A stretch of DNA of 64,000 nt from an uncultured Gemmatimonadales bacterium (GTDB taxonomy: Bacteria > Gemmatimonadota > Gemmatimonadetes > Longimicrobiales > RSA9): assembly GCA_963708135.1 (NCBI GenBank), contig OY970192.1, forward strand, positions 2,208,001 to 2,272,000, given 5' to 3'. The notes beneath the pieces were generated by a model. That model saw nothing but the letters and a program-made list of their open reading frames with translations, searched no databases and was not told where the DNA came from. Each line of letters opens with the position of its first letter. Positions within the stretch are counted from its first letter, which is position 1. The position numbers and the translations under genes are program-made. Below, piece by piece: positions 9,323 to 20,212 of the stretch.

Positions 9323-10552
9323 ATGGAAACGACGCACGTCCAGACGGCCACGCCCGGCGGTGCCGCCACGGACCACCGCGCGGCGGTGGCGGCCGGCTTC
9401 CTGGGGTGGACGCTCGACGCCTTCGATTTCTTCCTCGTCGTCTTCTCGCTGACCGCCATCGCGGCGGAGTTCGGCAGGACGGACGCACAGATCGCGTTGT
9501 CGCTGACGCTCACGCTGGCGTTCCGCCCGGTCGGCGCGTTCATCTTCGGCCTGATCGCCGACCGCTACGGCCGGCGCGTCCCCCTCATGATGGACCTCGT
9601 CTTCTTCTCCATCATCGAGGTGGCGACGGGGCTCGTCCACAGCTACGCGGCGTTCCTCGTCCTGCGCGCGTTGTTCGGCATCGGCATGGGCGCCGAGTGG
9701 GGCGTCGGCGCCTCGCTGGCCATGGAGAAGGCACCGGCGGGCCGGCGGGGGATCCTCTCCGGGCTGCTCCAGGAAGGCTACGCGTTCGGCTACCTCCTCG
9801 CGGCCGGCTGCTACTTTCTGGTGTTCCCGCGCTTCGGCTGGCGGCCCATGTTCTTCCTGGGCGGGCTCCCCGCTCTGCTCGCGCTCTACGTCCGCTTCCA
9901 GGTGAAGGAGTCGGAAGTCTGGGAGCGGACGCGCAAGACCAGCTGGCGCGAGCTGTTCCGCGAGATCGCCTCGCACTGGAAGCTCTTCCTCTTCATCACG
10001 CTGCTCATGGGGATGATGAACTCCGTGAGCCACGGTACACAGGACCTCTATCCCACCTTCCTGCAGCGCGACTGGGGCTTCACGCCGCGGATGCGCGCCG
10101 CCCTCACCGCCTTCAGCATGGTGGGCGCGATCATCGGCGGGATCGTGACCGGCATGATCTCGGACCGGATCGGCCGGCGCAGGGCCATCGTCGGCGCGCT
10201 CGCGCTCGCGGTGCTTGCCATCCCGGTCTGGGCCTTCGCCCCCAACCTGCTCGTGCTCTGGGTGGGCGCCTTCCTCATGCAGTTCATGGTGCAGGGCGCC
10301 TGGGGCGTGATCCCCGCCCACATCACCGAGCTCTCGCCCGACAGCGTGCGCGGCTTCCTCCCCGGCTTCGCCTACCAGTGCGGGGCGCTGCTGGCGAGCG
10401 TCATCCCGCTCATCGAGGCCGAGATCGCGCAGCACATGAGCTACGCCCGCTCCATGGCCGTGACCGCCCTCGTCGTCTTCATCCTCGCGGGAGTGGTGGC
10501 GGGGCTCGGCTGGGAAAGGCGTGGCGTGCGGTTCGGGGAGCCCGCGGACTGA
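9323..10552 (+). CDS. MFS transporter, sialate/carboxylate:H+ symporter (NanT/JEN1-like)
   Basis: GWTLDAFDFF, RPVGAFIFGLIADRYGRR, GIGMGAEWG, SHGTQDLYPTFL, QGAWGVIPAH.EL, PGFAYQ; about 12 hydrophobic segments. Confidence 0.85.
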   Translation: METTHVQTATPGGAATDHRAAVAAGFLGWTLDAFDFFLVVFSLTAIAAEFGRTDAQIALSLTLTLAFRPVGAFIFGLIADRYGRRVPLMMDLVFFSIIEVATGLVHSYAAFLVLRALFGIGMGAEWGVGASLAMEKAPAGRRGILSGLLQEGYAFGYLLAAGCYFLVFPRFGWRPMFFLGGLPALLALYVRFQVKESEVWERTRKTSWRELFREIASHWKLFLFITLLMGMMNSVSHGTQDLYPTFLQRDWGFTPRMRAALTAFSMVGAIIGGIVTGMISDRIGRRRAIVGALALAVLAIPVWAFAPNLLVLWVGAFLMQFMVQGAWGVIPAHITELSPDSVRGFLPGFAYQCGALLASVIPLIEAEIAQHMSYARSMAVTALVVFILAGVVAGLGWERRGVRFGEPAD

Positions 10553-10627
10553 CTCACCAGGCCCGCGCGGGGCTCGCCGTGTCCGCGGGCTCGCGTAATC
10601 GTTTCTCGCGGAGGCGCGGGCGGGAGG

Positions 10628-11425
10628 CTACCGCCGCTCGGCCGGCACGGCGGCGCCGGCCTCGAGCGCCTTGCCCGTGAGCGCCTCCCTGAGCCGGTCG
10701 AGGGTGACGCCCTGCTCGAGCCGGCCGCGCTGGGCGAGCGAGACGCGGGCGGTCTCCTCGCTGACCACGACGATGAGCGCGTCGGTCTCCTCCGACAGGC
10801 CGAGCGCCGCGCGGTGGCGGGTGCCCAGGCTCTTGTCGAGGATCGGGAACTGGGTGAGCGGCAGGATGACGCCCGCGGCGATGATCATGTCGCCGGAGAC
10901 GAGCACGGCGCCGTCGTGGAGGGGGCCGTAAGGCAGGAAAATGCTGACCAGGATGTCGGCCGAGACCCTGGCCTGGATGCGGGTGCCGGTGTCCGCGTAC
11001 TCCTCCAGTCCCACCTGCCGCTCCACGGCGATGATCGCGCCCATCTTGGCACGTGCCAGCCGCTCCACCGCCTCCACGAGCTCGTCCGCCACCACGCTCT
11101 CCTCGAGCCGGTTGAAGAAGCGCAGCATCCGGTTCTGCCCGAGGCGGGCCAGCCCGTTGCGCAGCTCCGGCTGGAAGACGATGAGCGCCGCGAAGGCGCC
11201 GTACTGGAAGAGCTTCTCCATGATGTAGCGGATCAGGTCCATGTCGAGCGCGCGCGCCGCGATGTAGATCCCGAAGAGAAGCACCAGCCCGACCAGGATC
11301 TGGATCGCCCGCGTGCGGACCAGGACCCGCAGCACGTAATAGATCCCGACGCCGACGATCAGGATCTGGATGACGTCCTTGAAGCCCGGCAGCAGGAAGG
11401 CGTAGCGGTCGAGGAAGGGGCTCAC
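10628..11425 (-). CDS. cdaA: Diadenylate cyclase CdaA (c-di-AMP synthase)
   Basis: N-terminal TM helices, IVFQPELR, catalytic HDGAV and GTRHRAA, VVSEET. The GTG start overlaps the folP stop. Confidence 0.92.
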   Translation of the reverse strand: MSPFLDRYAFLLPGFKDVIQILIVGVGIYYVLRVLVRTRAIQILVGLVLLFGIYIAARALDMDLIRYIMEKLFQYGAFAALIVFQPELRNGLARLGQNRMLRFFNRLEESVVADELVEAVERLARAKMGAIIAVERQVGLEEYADTGTRIQARVSADILVSIFLPYGPLHDGAVLVSGDMIIAAGVILPLTQFPILDKSLGTRHRAALGLSEETDALIVVVSEETARVSLAQRGRLEQGVTLDRLREALTGKALEAGAAVPAERR

Positions 11426-12293
11426 GAGCACGCTCGGACCTCCTCCGCCAGCGCGAGCGCGCGGCGGACCGCGCCCACATCGTGGACGCGGAACAGGCGG
11501 GCCCCGCGGAGCAACGCGATGACGCACGCGGCCAGCGTCCCCTCGAGCCGCTCCTCCGGCCGCAGGCTGCCCGCCGCCTCGCCCACGAACCGCTTGCGTG
11601 ACGGCCCGACCATCACGGGGCGGCCGAGCGCCGCCAGCCGGGCGAGGCCCGCGAGCACCGCCACGCTGTGCTCCGTCCGCTTCGAGAAGCCGAGGCCGGG
11701 ATCGACCACGAGCGCCTCAGCCGCGACGCCGGCCGCGCGCGCGCGCTGCACCGCCTCCGCGAGCTCCGCCACCACCTCGCCGACCGGATCGGCGCCGTAG
11801 CGGGCTTCCTCGTACCTGGCCATGGTCTCGATCGTACCCCGGGAATGCATCAGGATGATGCCCGCGCCAGCCTCGCACGCGACGGCGCCCAGCGCGGGAT
11901 CCAGGCGCAGTCCCGAGACGTCGTTCACGACTGCCGCGCCGGCGCCGAGCGCCGCCCGGGCCACCTCCGCCTTCACCGTGTCCACGGACACCACCAGCGC
12001 GGGCCAGCGGCGCGCGAGCGCCTCGACCACCGGCACGACGCGCGCCCGCTCCTCCTCGGCGGACACCCTCCGGGCGCCGGGGCGGGAGGACTCGCCGCCG
12101 ACGTCGATCAGGTCGGCGCCCGCCTCCAGCATCGCCTCCGCATGTCGGACGGCGGCCTCCACGCCCGCGTGGAGGCCGCCGTCCCAGAACGAATCCGGCG
12201 TCACGTTCAGGATGCCGAGGATGCACGGCCGATCGAGGGACAGCGGCCCGCGAGCCGTGCGCCAGACCTCCGCTTCCCCCCCGGCCGGCGTCA

Positions 12294-12294
<1 letters not shown>
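11422..12294 (-). CDS. folP: Dihydropteroate synthase
   Basis: GILNVTPDSF.DGG, DVGGESSRPG, SVDT, NDVSG, DPGLGF, SRKRF, RVHDV. Confidence 0.95.
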
Positions 12295-14363
<2,069 letters not shown>

Positions 14364-14396
14364 ATCCTTCGAGCGAACCCGCCGCCCGCCGCCGGC

Positions 14397-14951
14397 TCAG
14401 AGGCTGGCGATGAAGGGAAGGTTCCGGAAGTTCTCACTATGATCCAGCCCGTAGCCGACGAGGAACTCGCGGGGCGCGTCGAAGCCGACCCAGCGCGGCT
14501 CGCGCGCCAGAGTCGGCGCGATCCGCTTGTGCAGCAGCGCGCACAACTCGATGCTCCTCGGCCCCCGCTTCTCCAGGAGCGGGATCAGCCGGTTGATCGT
14601 CGTGCCGCTGTCGATGATGTCCTCGACCAGCAGCACGTGCCTGTCCTCCAGCGTTGCGCCCGGGTCGTAGAGCAGCCGCACCTCGCCGCTCGAGACGGTG
14701 CCAGCGCCGTAGCTCGAAGCTACCAGGAAGTCCATCTGGATCGGCCGCTTGATCTGCCGCACCAAGTCCGCCATGAAGATGAAGGAGCCCTTGAGCAGCC
14801 CCAGCACCAGCACGGGTTCCCCCTCCGCGTATCCCGCGGCGATCTCCTCGCCCATCTCCGCCACGCGGCGCGCGATCTGCTCCGCCGGGTAGACGATGCG
14901 CCGCAGCGCCTGCCCGCCCGTCCGCGCGTGCGTCTCAGCCGTGTCGTGCAT
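14397..14951 (-). CDS. hpt: Hypoxanthine phosphoribosyltransferase
   Basis: [19 protein letters not shown] motif [21 protein letters not shown]. Confidence 0.95.
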   Translation of the reverse strand: MHDTAETHARTGGQALRRIVYPAEQIARRVAEMGEEIAAGYAEGEPVLVLGLLKGSFIFMADLVRQIKRPIQMDFLVASSYGAGTVSSGEVRLLYDPGATLEDRHVLLVEDIIDSGTTINRLIPLLEKRGPRSIELCALLHKRIAPTLAREPRWVGFDAPREFLVGYGLDHSENFRNLPFIASL

Positions 14952-16311
14952 CCTTCACCGTGATCCGCAGGAACCCTCCGCCGGATGCCGTCGGCGCCTC
15001 CGGCGCGTGGGACACCCCGACCACCCAGAGCACCTCGCCGTCCGCATGCGCGAGGACCGGGATCCGCCGCCGGTCCGCGCGGCCGATCCGTCGCTCGAGG
15101 AACAGCTTCTTCAGCTTTTTCGTGCCGTACGGGAGCCGGATCCGATCGCCGGGGCGCCAGCCCCGCAACTCCACGGGAAAGCAGAGAGCATCGACGGCGA
15201 AGGCGCGCGAGCCGGGCCGATGCCCGCCTCTCGACGAAAGGCTCCAGCGGACGACGAGCGGCCGGCCGCCGATCCGCGCGTTGGCCTCGCCCCCGCCCGC
15301 CCGCGCGATGAGCACGGGTCGATCCGGCGCGGCCACCCCGGGCCCGACGCCGCGGATCTGGATGCGGTCGAACTCCCGCCCGATTCGCAGGCCGCCGGAA
15401 AGCGCGACCGCGCCGCCACTTCCACCGGATCTAATAAACTCAAGCGCCGCCCGGGTTCCGGCCCGATCAGGGGCGCATCCGTGGCGGCGCAGCAGGCGCC
15501 TGAGGCAGCGTGCCCGTACGCGAGGATGATACGCAAGAAAGCGGGTTCTGGCAACCTCCGTCACCCCCTCCGCGCGGGCCGCCACGACGTCGGTTTCGAC
15601 GTGCTCGAGGAGCGCGCTCCACGCGGCTTCCGCGCCCCTCGCCGCGTCGGCCGAGCGGGCCAGCGCGCCCGCGGCGCCCGGGATCACCGCCTCCAGTGCG
15701 GGGAGCACGCGCAGCCGTAGCCGGTTGCGCGCGTAGCGAAGGTCCAGATTGCTCGGATCGTCGCGCCAGCGGAGCCCGGCCGCGTGGGCGTGGGCCTCGA
15801 GCTCCGTCCGCGTGAAGGGAAGCAGCGGCCGGACGAGGTCGCCGCGGTGGGGCGCGATGCCGGAGAGGCCGACGAGGCCGGCGCCACGCAGCGCGCGGAA
15901 CAGGACCGTCTCGGCCTGGTCATCCGCGTGGTGAGCCGTCACGATGAGCGAGGCGCCGGCCCGTGCTGCCGCCGCGCGCAGAAATGCGTAGCGCAGCGCG
16001 CGCGCCTCCGCCTCGGACACCGGCGCGCTGGGCGCGGCGGCTCGCTCGAGGGGGATCCGCCAGGCGCGGCAGAGCCCCGCCACCCAGTCGGCGTCCGCGC
16101 CGCTGCCCGGCCGCATGCGGTGGTCGAAGTGCGCCGCCACGAGCGAGGGACGAGCCTCGCGCGGGAGCGAGCGGAGGAGGTGGAGCAGGACCACGGAGTC
16201 GAGCCCGCCGGAAAGGGCGACGAGCAGCGCCTGCCCGCCGAGCTCGGGACCGGCCAGGTCGAGCAGGTGCCGGCGGAAGCGCGCGGAGAGCGCCGCCGCA
16301 CCGGCCGTCAT
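14935..16311 (-). CDS. tilS: tRNA(Ile)-lysidine synthetase
   Basis: PP-loop ALSGGLDS, HFDHRMR, AHHADDQAET, RPLL, DPSN..YARNRLR, C-terminal GTKKLKKLF; classic tilS-hpt-ftsH order. Confidence 0.93.
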   Translation of the reverse strand: MTAGAAALSARFRRHLLDLAGPELGGQALLVALSGGLDSVVLLHLLRSLPREARPSLVAAHFDHRMRPGSGADADWVAGLCRAWRIPLERAAAPSAPVSEAEARALRYAFLRAAAARAGASLIVTAHHADDQAETVLFRALRGAGLVGLSGIAPHRGDLVRPLLPFTRTELEAHAHAAGLRWRDDPSNLDLRYARNRLRLRVLPALEAVIPGAAGALARSADAARGAEAAWSALLEHVETDVVAARAEGVTEVARTRFLAYHPRVRARCLRRLLRRHGCAPDRAGTRAALEFIRSGGSGGAVALSGGLRIGREFDRIQIRGVGPGVAAPDRPVLIARAGGGEANARIGGRPLVVRWSLSSRGGHRPGSRAFAVDALCFPVELRGWRPGDRIRLPYGTKKLKKLFLERRIGRADRRRIPVLAHADGEVLWVVGVSHAPEAPTASGGGFLRITVKDARHG

Positions 16312-16438
16312 CCGCTGGGTTCCGCGGCGCTGCATCCTGGCGATTCCTTCCGGGCGGAGCCGTGGGCCGGGTCGCCTGAAGATAACGCGAGCGCCGCGAT
16401 TCCGGAGCGGCGTGCGCGCGCCAGGGTCGCCGGCGGCC

Positions 16439-16723
16439 CTAGCGCCGGCGCGTATGCACCCTGCCGGAGCCCCCGAGGCCGTAGTCGGCGTAACGGTACC
16501 GGGCCTGCCGGCGTGCCCGGCGCGCGAGCCGCTCGCGGCGGAATTGCGCGTCGTACCCCCACGGCTCGTAGTCGGCCGTGCGGGAGCGCTCGTAGCCCGC
16601 GCCATACGGAGGCTCGTGCCCGGAGGCGTACGGGCGCTCGTAGCCGGCCGCACCGGCGGGCGAGGCGCCGAACGGACGCTCGCGGAAGCGCGCCTCGAGA
16701 TCGAGATCGTAGTCGTAGCGCAT
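16439..16723 (-). CDS. Small Tyr/Arg/Gly-rich hypothetical protein
   Basis: Strong AGGAAGGA ribosome-binding site, 14 nt after the BON gene stop, GC3-biased codons, repeated GYER/ADY motifs. Confidence 0.6.
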   Translation of the reverse strand: MRYDYDLDLEARFRERPFGASPAGAAGYERPYASGHEPPYGAGYERSRTADYEPWGYDAQFRRERLARRARRQARYRYADYGLGGSGRVHTRRR

Positions 16724-16737
16724 GCGGTCCTTCCTTC

Positions 16738-17559
16738 CTACTCGGATTCTCCTTCGCTCCCCGCGCCGGCCTCGGCGCGTCCGGGCGCGGCACGGTTGAC
16801 GCCGCTCCGCGACGCCGCGCGCCCGCCAGGCTCGCCCGGGCCCTGCGCCGAAGTCTCCGTCTCCGCCTCATCGGCACCGGGCCGCCGCTGGCCGACGGTG
16901 AGGCGGGCGCGGACACCGCGCACGCCGTCCACATCCCAGGCGTCGTCGGTGGCGTAGCGGACCTCCTCGTAGCTCGGGAGCGTGCCCTCGAGCGTCACGA
17001 TGCCTTCGCCGACCTCCACCCGGATGGCGTCCGCATCCACCCACGTGTCGTAGAAGAGGGCGTCCTCCACGTCCTCCTGGATCTCGTCGTCTCCACGGCG
17101 GCGCCGCTGAAGCCGATCGTAATAGGGCCCGTAGCCGTAGCGCGCCGGGCCGTACTCCTCGCCGGCGCTCCATTGCGGTCGATAGTGGTGAACCGGCTGC
17201 CAGTCTGCCCCCGGCTCGGTGGCGGCGAGCCCGGCGCCGCCGTCGAACTCGGCCGTGCGCGCGAAGTCGCGGCGGTGCGGGGCGCTGAGCCGTGCGCTGG
17301 TGCGGTAGCCCACCTCGTAGTCCCGGTTGGTGCCGCCGTAGCCGCGGCCACCCACGTAGCCGCCACCCCAGATGAACTCGTCCGGCTCGGGCTCGTCCCA
17401 CGGCTCGGCCTCGAACGAGCCCCGGCTGCGCAGCGCGCCGCCGTCGTAGCCCATCGCCCAGCCGTGGCCCGGCGAGGCGGGGTAAGGCGAATCGTAGCCA
17501 CCGCGCGCGCCGCGCGGGCGCCGCCGCGGCCAGGACCGGTACTCGGGATCGTAACGCAT
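16738..17559 (-). CDS. BON domain protein with a long Tyr/Gly/Arg-rich N-terminus
   Basis: DDEIQEDVEDAL..DADAIRVEV..GIVTLEG..AWDVDGVRGVRARLTV is a BON domain; AGGAG ribosome-binding site. Confidence 0.85.
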   Translation of the reverse strand: MRYDPEYRSWPRRRPRGARGGYDSPYPASPGHGWAMGYDGGALRSRGSFEAEPWDEPEPDEFIWGGGYVGGRGYGGTNRDYEVGYRTSARLSAPHRRDFARTAEFDGGAGLAATEPGADWQPVHHYRPQWSAGEEYGPARYGYGPYYDRLQRRRRGDDEIQEDVEDALFYDTWVDADAIRVEVGEGIVTLEGTLPSYEEVRYATDDAWDVDGVRGVRARLTVGQRRPGADEAETETSAQGPGEPGGRAASRSGVNRAAPGRAEAGAGSEGESE

Positions 17560-17673
17560 CTCGGCTCCTCCTCTGCGTGTCTCGCGTGGCGAACGGATGG
17601 CCCTGAAACGAGAACGCCGCACCCGGGAGGGGGTGCGGCGTCGCGCTCGGGCACAGGCGCCGGGGCGCAAGCT

Positions 17674-18534
17674 CTATTCCATGGGCGCACCGGCAGGCCG
17701 GCCGCCACCGCTCGCGCCCGCGGCGGGCGCCGGCGGACGGCCGAGGCGCCGGCTCATGACCTCCGCGAGCCTGTCCGGCCGGTCGCTCTGCACGCCGTCC
17801 ACCCCCCAGTCGAGAAGGCGCGCCATGGCCTCGGGCTCGTCCACTGTCCATACCTGCACCGCGATGCCGTGCCGGTGCGCATCGCGCACGAAGCGGGGGG
17901 TGACCACGCGCCAGGCGCCCCAGCGCTCCGGCACCTGGAGCACATCCACGGGCGGCGCCCACGCCCAGCCGAGATGCAGGCGGTGCACGAAGTAGAGGGG
18001 GCGGATCTGGTCCATGGACGCGCTCACCGCACCCGGCCACTCGCGGAAACGCGTGCGCTCCGCGGGGTGCAGGCCGGCGGCCACGATCCGGTCCACGGCG
18101 CCGTGGCGCCGGGCGACGTCGAAGAACGGCTGCTGCGCGGCCCCGGCCTTGACCTCGACCGTGAAGCGCATGTCTGGCAGCGCATCCAGGACCTCGTCGA
18201 GCGTGGGGACCCGCACGCCGCGCCCGCGGAACGGGAAGCTCCGCCCGCCGTCGGGCGTGAAGCGGTAGCCCGCGTCCAGGGCGGAGAGCTCCGCGAGGGT
18301 GAAGGAGGCGACGTCGCCTTCCGCGTCCGTCGTGCGATCCACGCGCGCGTCGTGGATGACCACGCACGCGCCGTCGGCGCTCACGCGCACATCCAGCTCG
18401 ATCATGTCGGCGGCCCAGTCCCGGGCCGCGGCCGTGAACGCCTCCAGCGTGTTCTCGGGCGCGAGCCCCGCCCCGCCGCGATGCGCCACGAGGAGCGGCG
18501 CGCCCGAGAGGACCGGCCAGGCCGGCCGGCTCAC
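17674..18534 (-). CDS. Glycerophosphodiester phosphodiesterase (GDPD)
   Basis: AHRGG..PENT, IELDV, VIHD..VDRTT, VEVK, WTVD, GVQSDRP. The GTG start overlaps the upstream stop. Confidence 0.9.
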   Translation of the reverse strand: MSRPAWPVLSGAPLLVAHRGGAGLAPENTLEAFTAAARDWAADMIELDVRVSADGACVVIHDARVDRTTDAEGDVASFTLAELSALDAGYRFTPDGGRSFPFRGRGVRVPTLDEVLDALPDMRFTVEVKAGAAQQPFFDVARRHGAVDRIVAAGLHPAERTRFREWPGAVSASMDQIRPLYFVHRLHLGWAWAPPVDVLQVPERWGAWRVVTPRFVRDAHRHGIAVQVWTVDEPEAMARLLDWGVDGVQSDRPDRLAEVMSRRLGRPPAPAAGASGGGRPAGAPME

Positions 18535-19058
18535 GGCGCCTCGTCCTCGTCCTCGTCCTCGGCCCACACGAGCGCGAGCCGGTCCGCCTCCTCGACGTCC
18601 AGCCGGTGGAGGCGGTAGAGCACCAGGTCGATCAGCCGCAGCGCCGCGTCCCGCTCCGCCGCGCGCTCGCGCGCGGTCTCGCCCGTCAGCGCGATGGCAC
18701 GCCCCGCGAGGAAGAGCAGGATGTCCTCCGCCACCTCGGGCCGCGGGTGCGCCGGCGCGCGCGAGTCGGGCGCGGCCTCGCGCAGGAGCAGCCCGTCGAC
18801 GAAGGCGAGGAACCCCGGGAACGCCAGCTCGACGAGCCCCCGTCGCCTGAGCCCCTCCTCGTCCGTCAGCCGCTCCCACGAGAGCTCCTCCCAGTAGAGC
18901 TGGCGCGCCTGTTCCAGCAGGTGCTCCCGCACGCTCGCCTCGAGCCCCGACGACGGCGGCGGCGCCAGGTGCGTGGACAGGAGCTTCTCGAGCCGGATGC
19001 GGCGGCAGGCCAGGAAGGCCTCGGGGAGGGTGTACCTCGCTTCGGGATCGCCGCTCAT
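18531..19058 (-). CDS. Hypothetical protein (helical, acidic C-terminus)
   Basis: GC3-biased ORF, translationally coupled to GDPD; no family recognised. Confidence 0.65.
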   Translation of the reverse strand: MSGDPEARYTLPEAFLACRRIRLEKLLSTHLAPPPSSGLEASVREHLLEQARQLYWEELSWERLTDEEGLRRRGLVELAFPGFLAFVDGLLLREAAPDSRAPAHPRPEVAEDILLFLAGRAIALTGETARERAAERDAALRLIDLVLYRLHRLDVEEADRLALVWAEDEDEDEAP

Positions 19059-19193
19059 GGGAAGCGCTCGCTGTGGAAGGGCGGACCCGCTCTCGACGCA
19101 TTCTACGCGGCGGCTCGCCACCCCGCAAATGCCCCGGTCCTGCGACCGCGACCGAGGCGCAGCCCCACCCGCCGTTCGCGGTTTCCCGGAGGG

Positions 19194-20093
19194 TCAGCCG
19201 GCCCGCCTGAGATCCGTGGCGGGCTGCGCGGTCGCATAGCTGCGCAGCGCGTCGGGGTAGGCGGCCAGGAGCGGCGGCGGCGCGGGGACGGGCCGACCGG
19301 CGAGCATAGCGTCGAACTGGATGGCGTTCACGACCGCCTGCGCCTTGTAGTGGTTGTTGAAGACGACGTCCACGCTCTCCGTGCCGGGCTCGGCGGCCAC
19401 CTCGCGCGTGCGCTCGACCCAGTGGCGGAGGCGCTCGGGCGTGTAAAGGTAGTCGTAGCGCGCGTCGCGGCCGGCGTCCCTGCGGAACCAGTCCCTGTAG
19501 TTGCGGCCGTGGACCCGCACATAGCCGATGCGCGCCGTGGCGCGGGCGCTCGGTTTCAGGCACTCATGGAAGAGCGGCTGGTCGATGTTGACGAACCCGA
19601 CGCCGTGGTCCGCGAGCCAGCCGTAGAAGCCGGCCTCGTTCCAGCTGGCGTGCCGGACCTCGAGCACGAGCGGCAGGTCCTGGAAGGTTTCCACCACGTC
19701 CTCCAGCCACTCGCGGTTGGCGCCGTCGTGCTTGAAGGACATCGGGAACTGCACGAGCACGGCGGAGAGGCGGGCGGCCTCGAGCAGCGGCGCGAACCCG
19801 GCGCGCGCCTCGCGCACCTCGGCGCGCGTCCAGGCGCTGCCGCGCTCGTGCGTGAAGCGACGCCACAGCTTGGCCGCGAACCGGAAGCGCGGGCGCTCCG
19901 CGACACGCTCCACCCAGCGCTCGGCCGTGGCGGGCTTCGGCGGGCCGTAGAAGCTCGAGTTGATCTCCACCACGTCGAGGTACTCCGCCAGATAGCGGAG
20001 CCGATCGAATCCCCGCGGCCGCGGCTCGGGATAGACCTGGCCGCGCCAGTCCTTGTAGTCGAACCCGGCCACCCCGACCCGGATGTCTCCCAT
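19194..20093 (-). CDS. DUF72 (YecE-like) protein
   Basis: GVAGFDYKDW.G.VYP, VEINSSFY, LVQFP, LEVRH.SW, YVRVHGR, YDYLY, FNNHY. Confidence 0.9.
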   Translation of the reverse strand: MGDIRVGVAGFDYKDWRGQVYPEPRPRGFDRLRYLAEYLDVVEINSSFYGPPKPATAERWVERVAERPRFRFAAKLWRRFTHERGSAWTRAEVREARAGFAPLLEAARLSAVLVQFPMSFKHDGANREWLEDVVETFQDLPLVLEVRHASWNEAGFYGWLADHGVGFVNIDQPLFHECLKPSARATARIGYVRVHGRNYRDWFRRDAGRDARYDYLYTPERLRHWVERTREVAAEPGTESVDVVFNNHYKAQAVVNAIQFDAMLAGRPVPAPPPLLAAYPDALRSYATAQPATDLRRAG

Positions 20094-20212
20094 ACGCTGC
20101 TCCTGCAGCAGCAACGTGCCCGCCCACGCCCACATGGTGCTGCGGTGCGAAGGTCGTGCCGGGGCGGCGGATCCCGCACCACCACGGCACCGATGGACAC
20201 GGGGGGTTCCGG

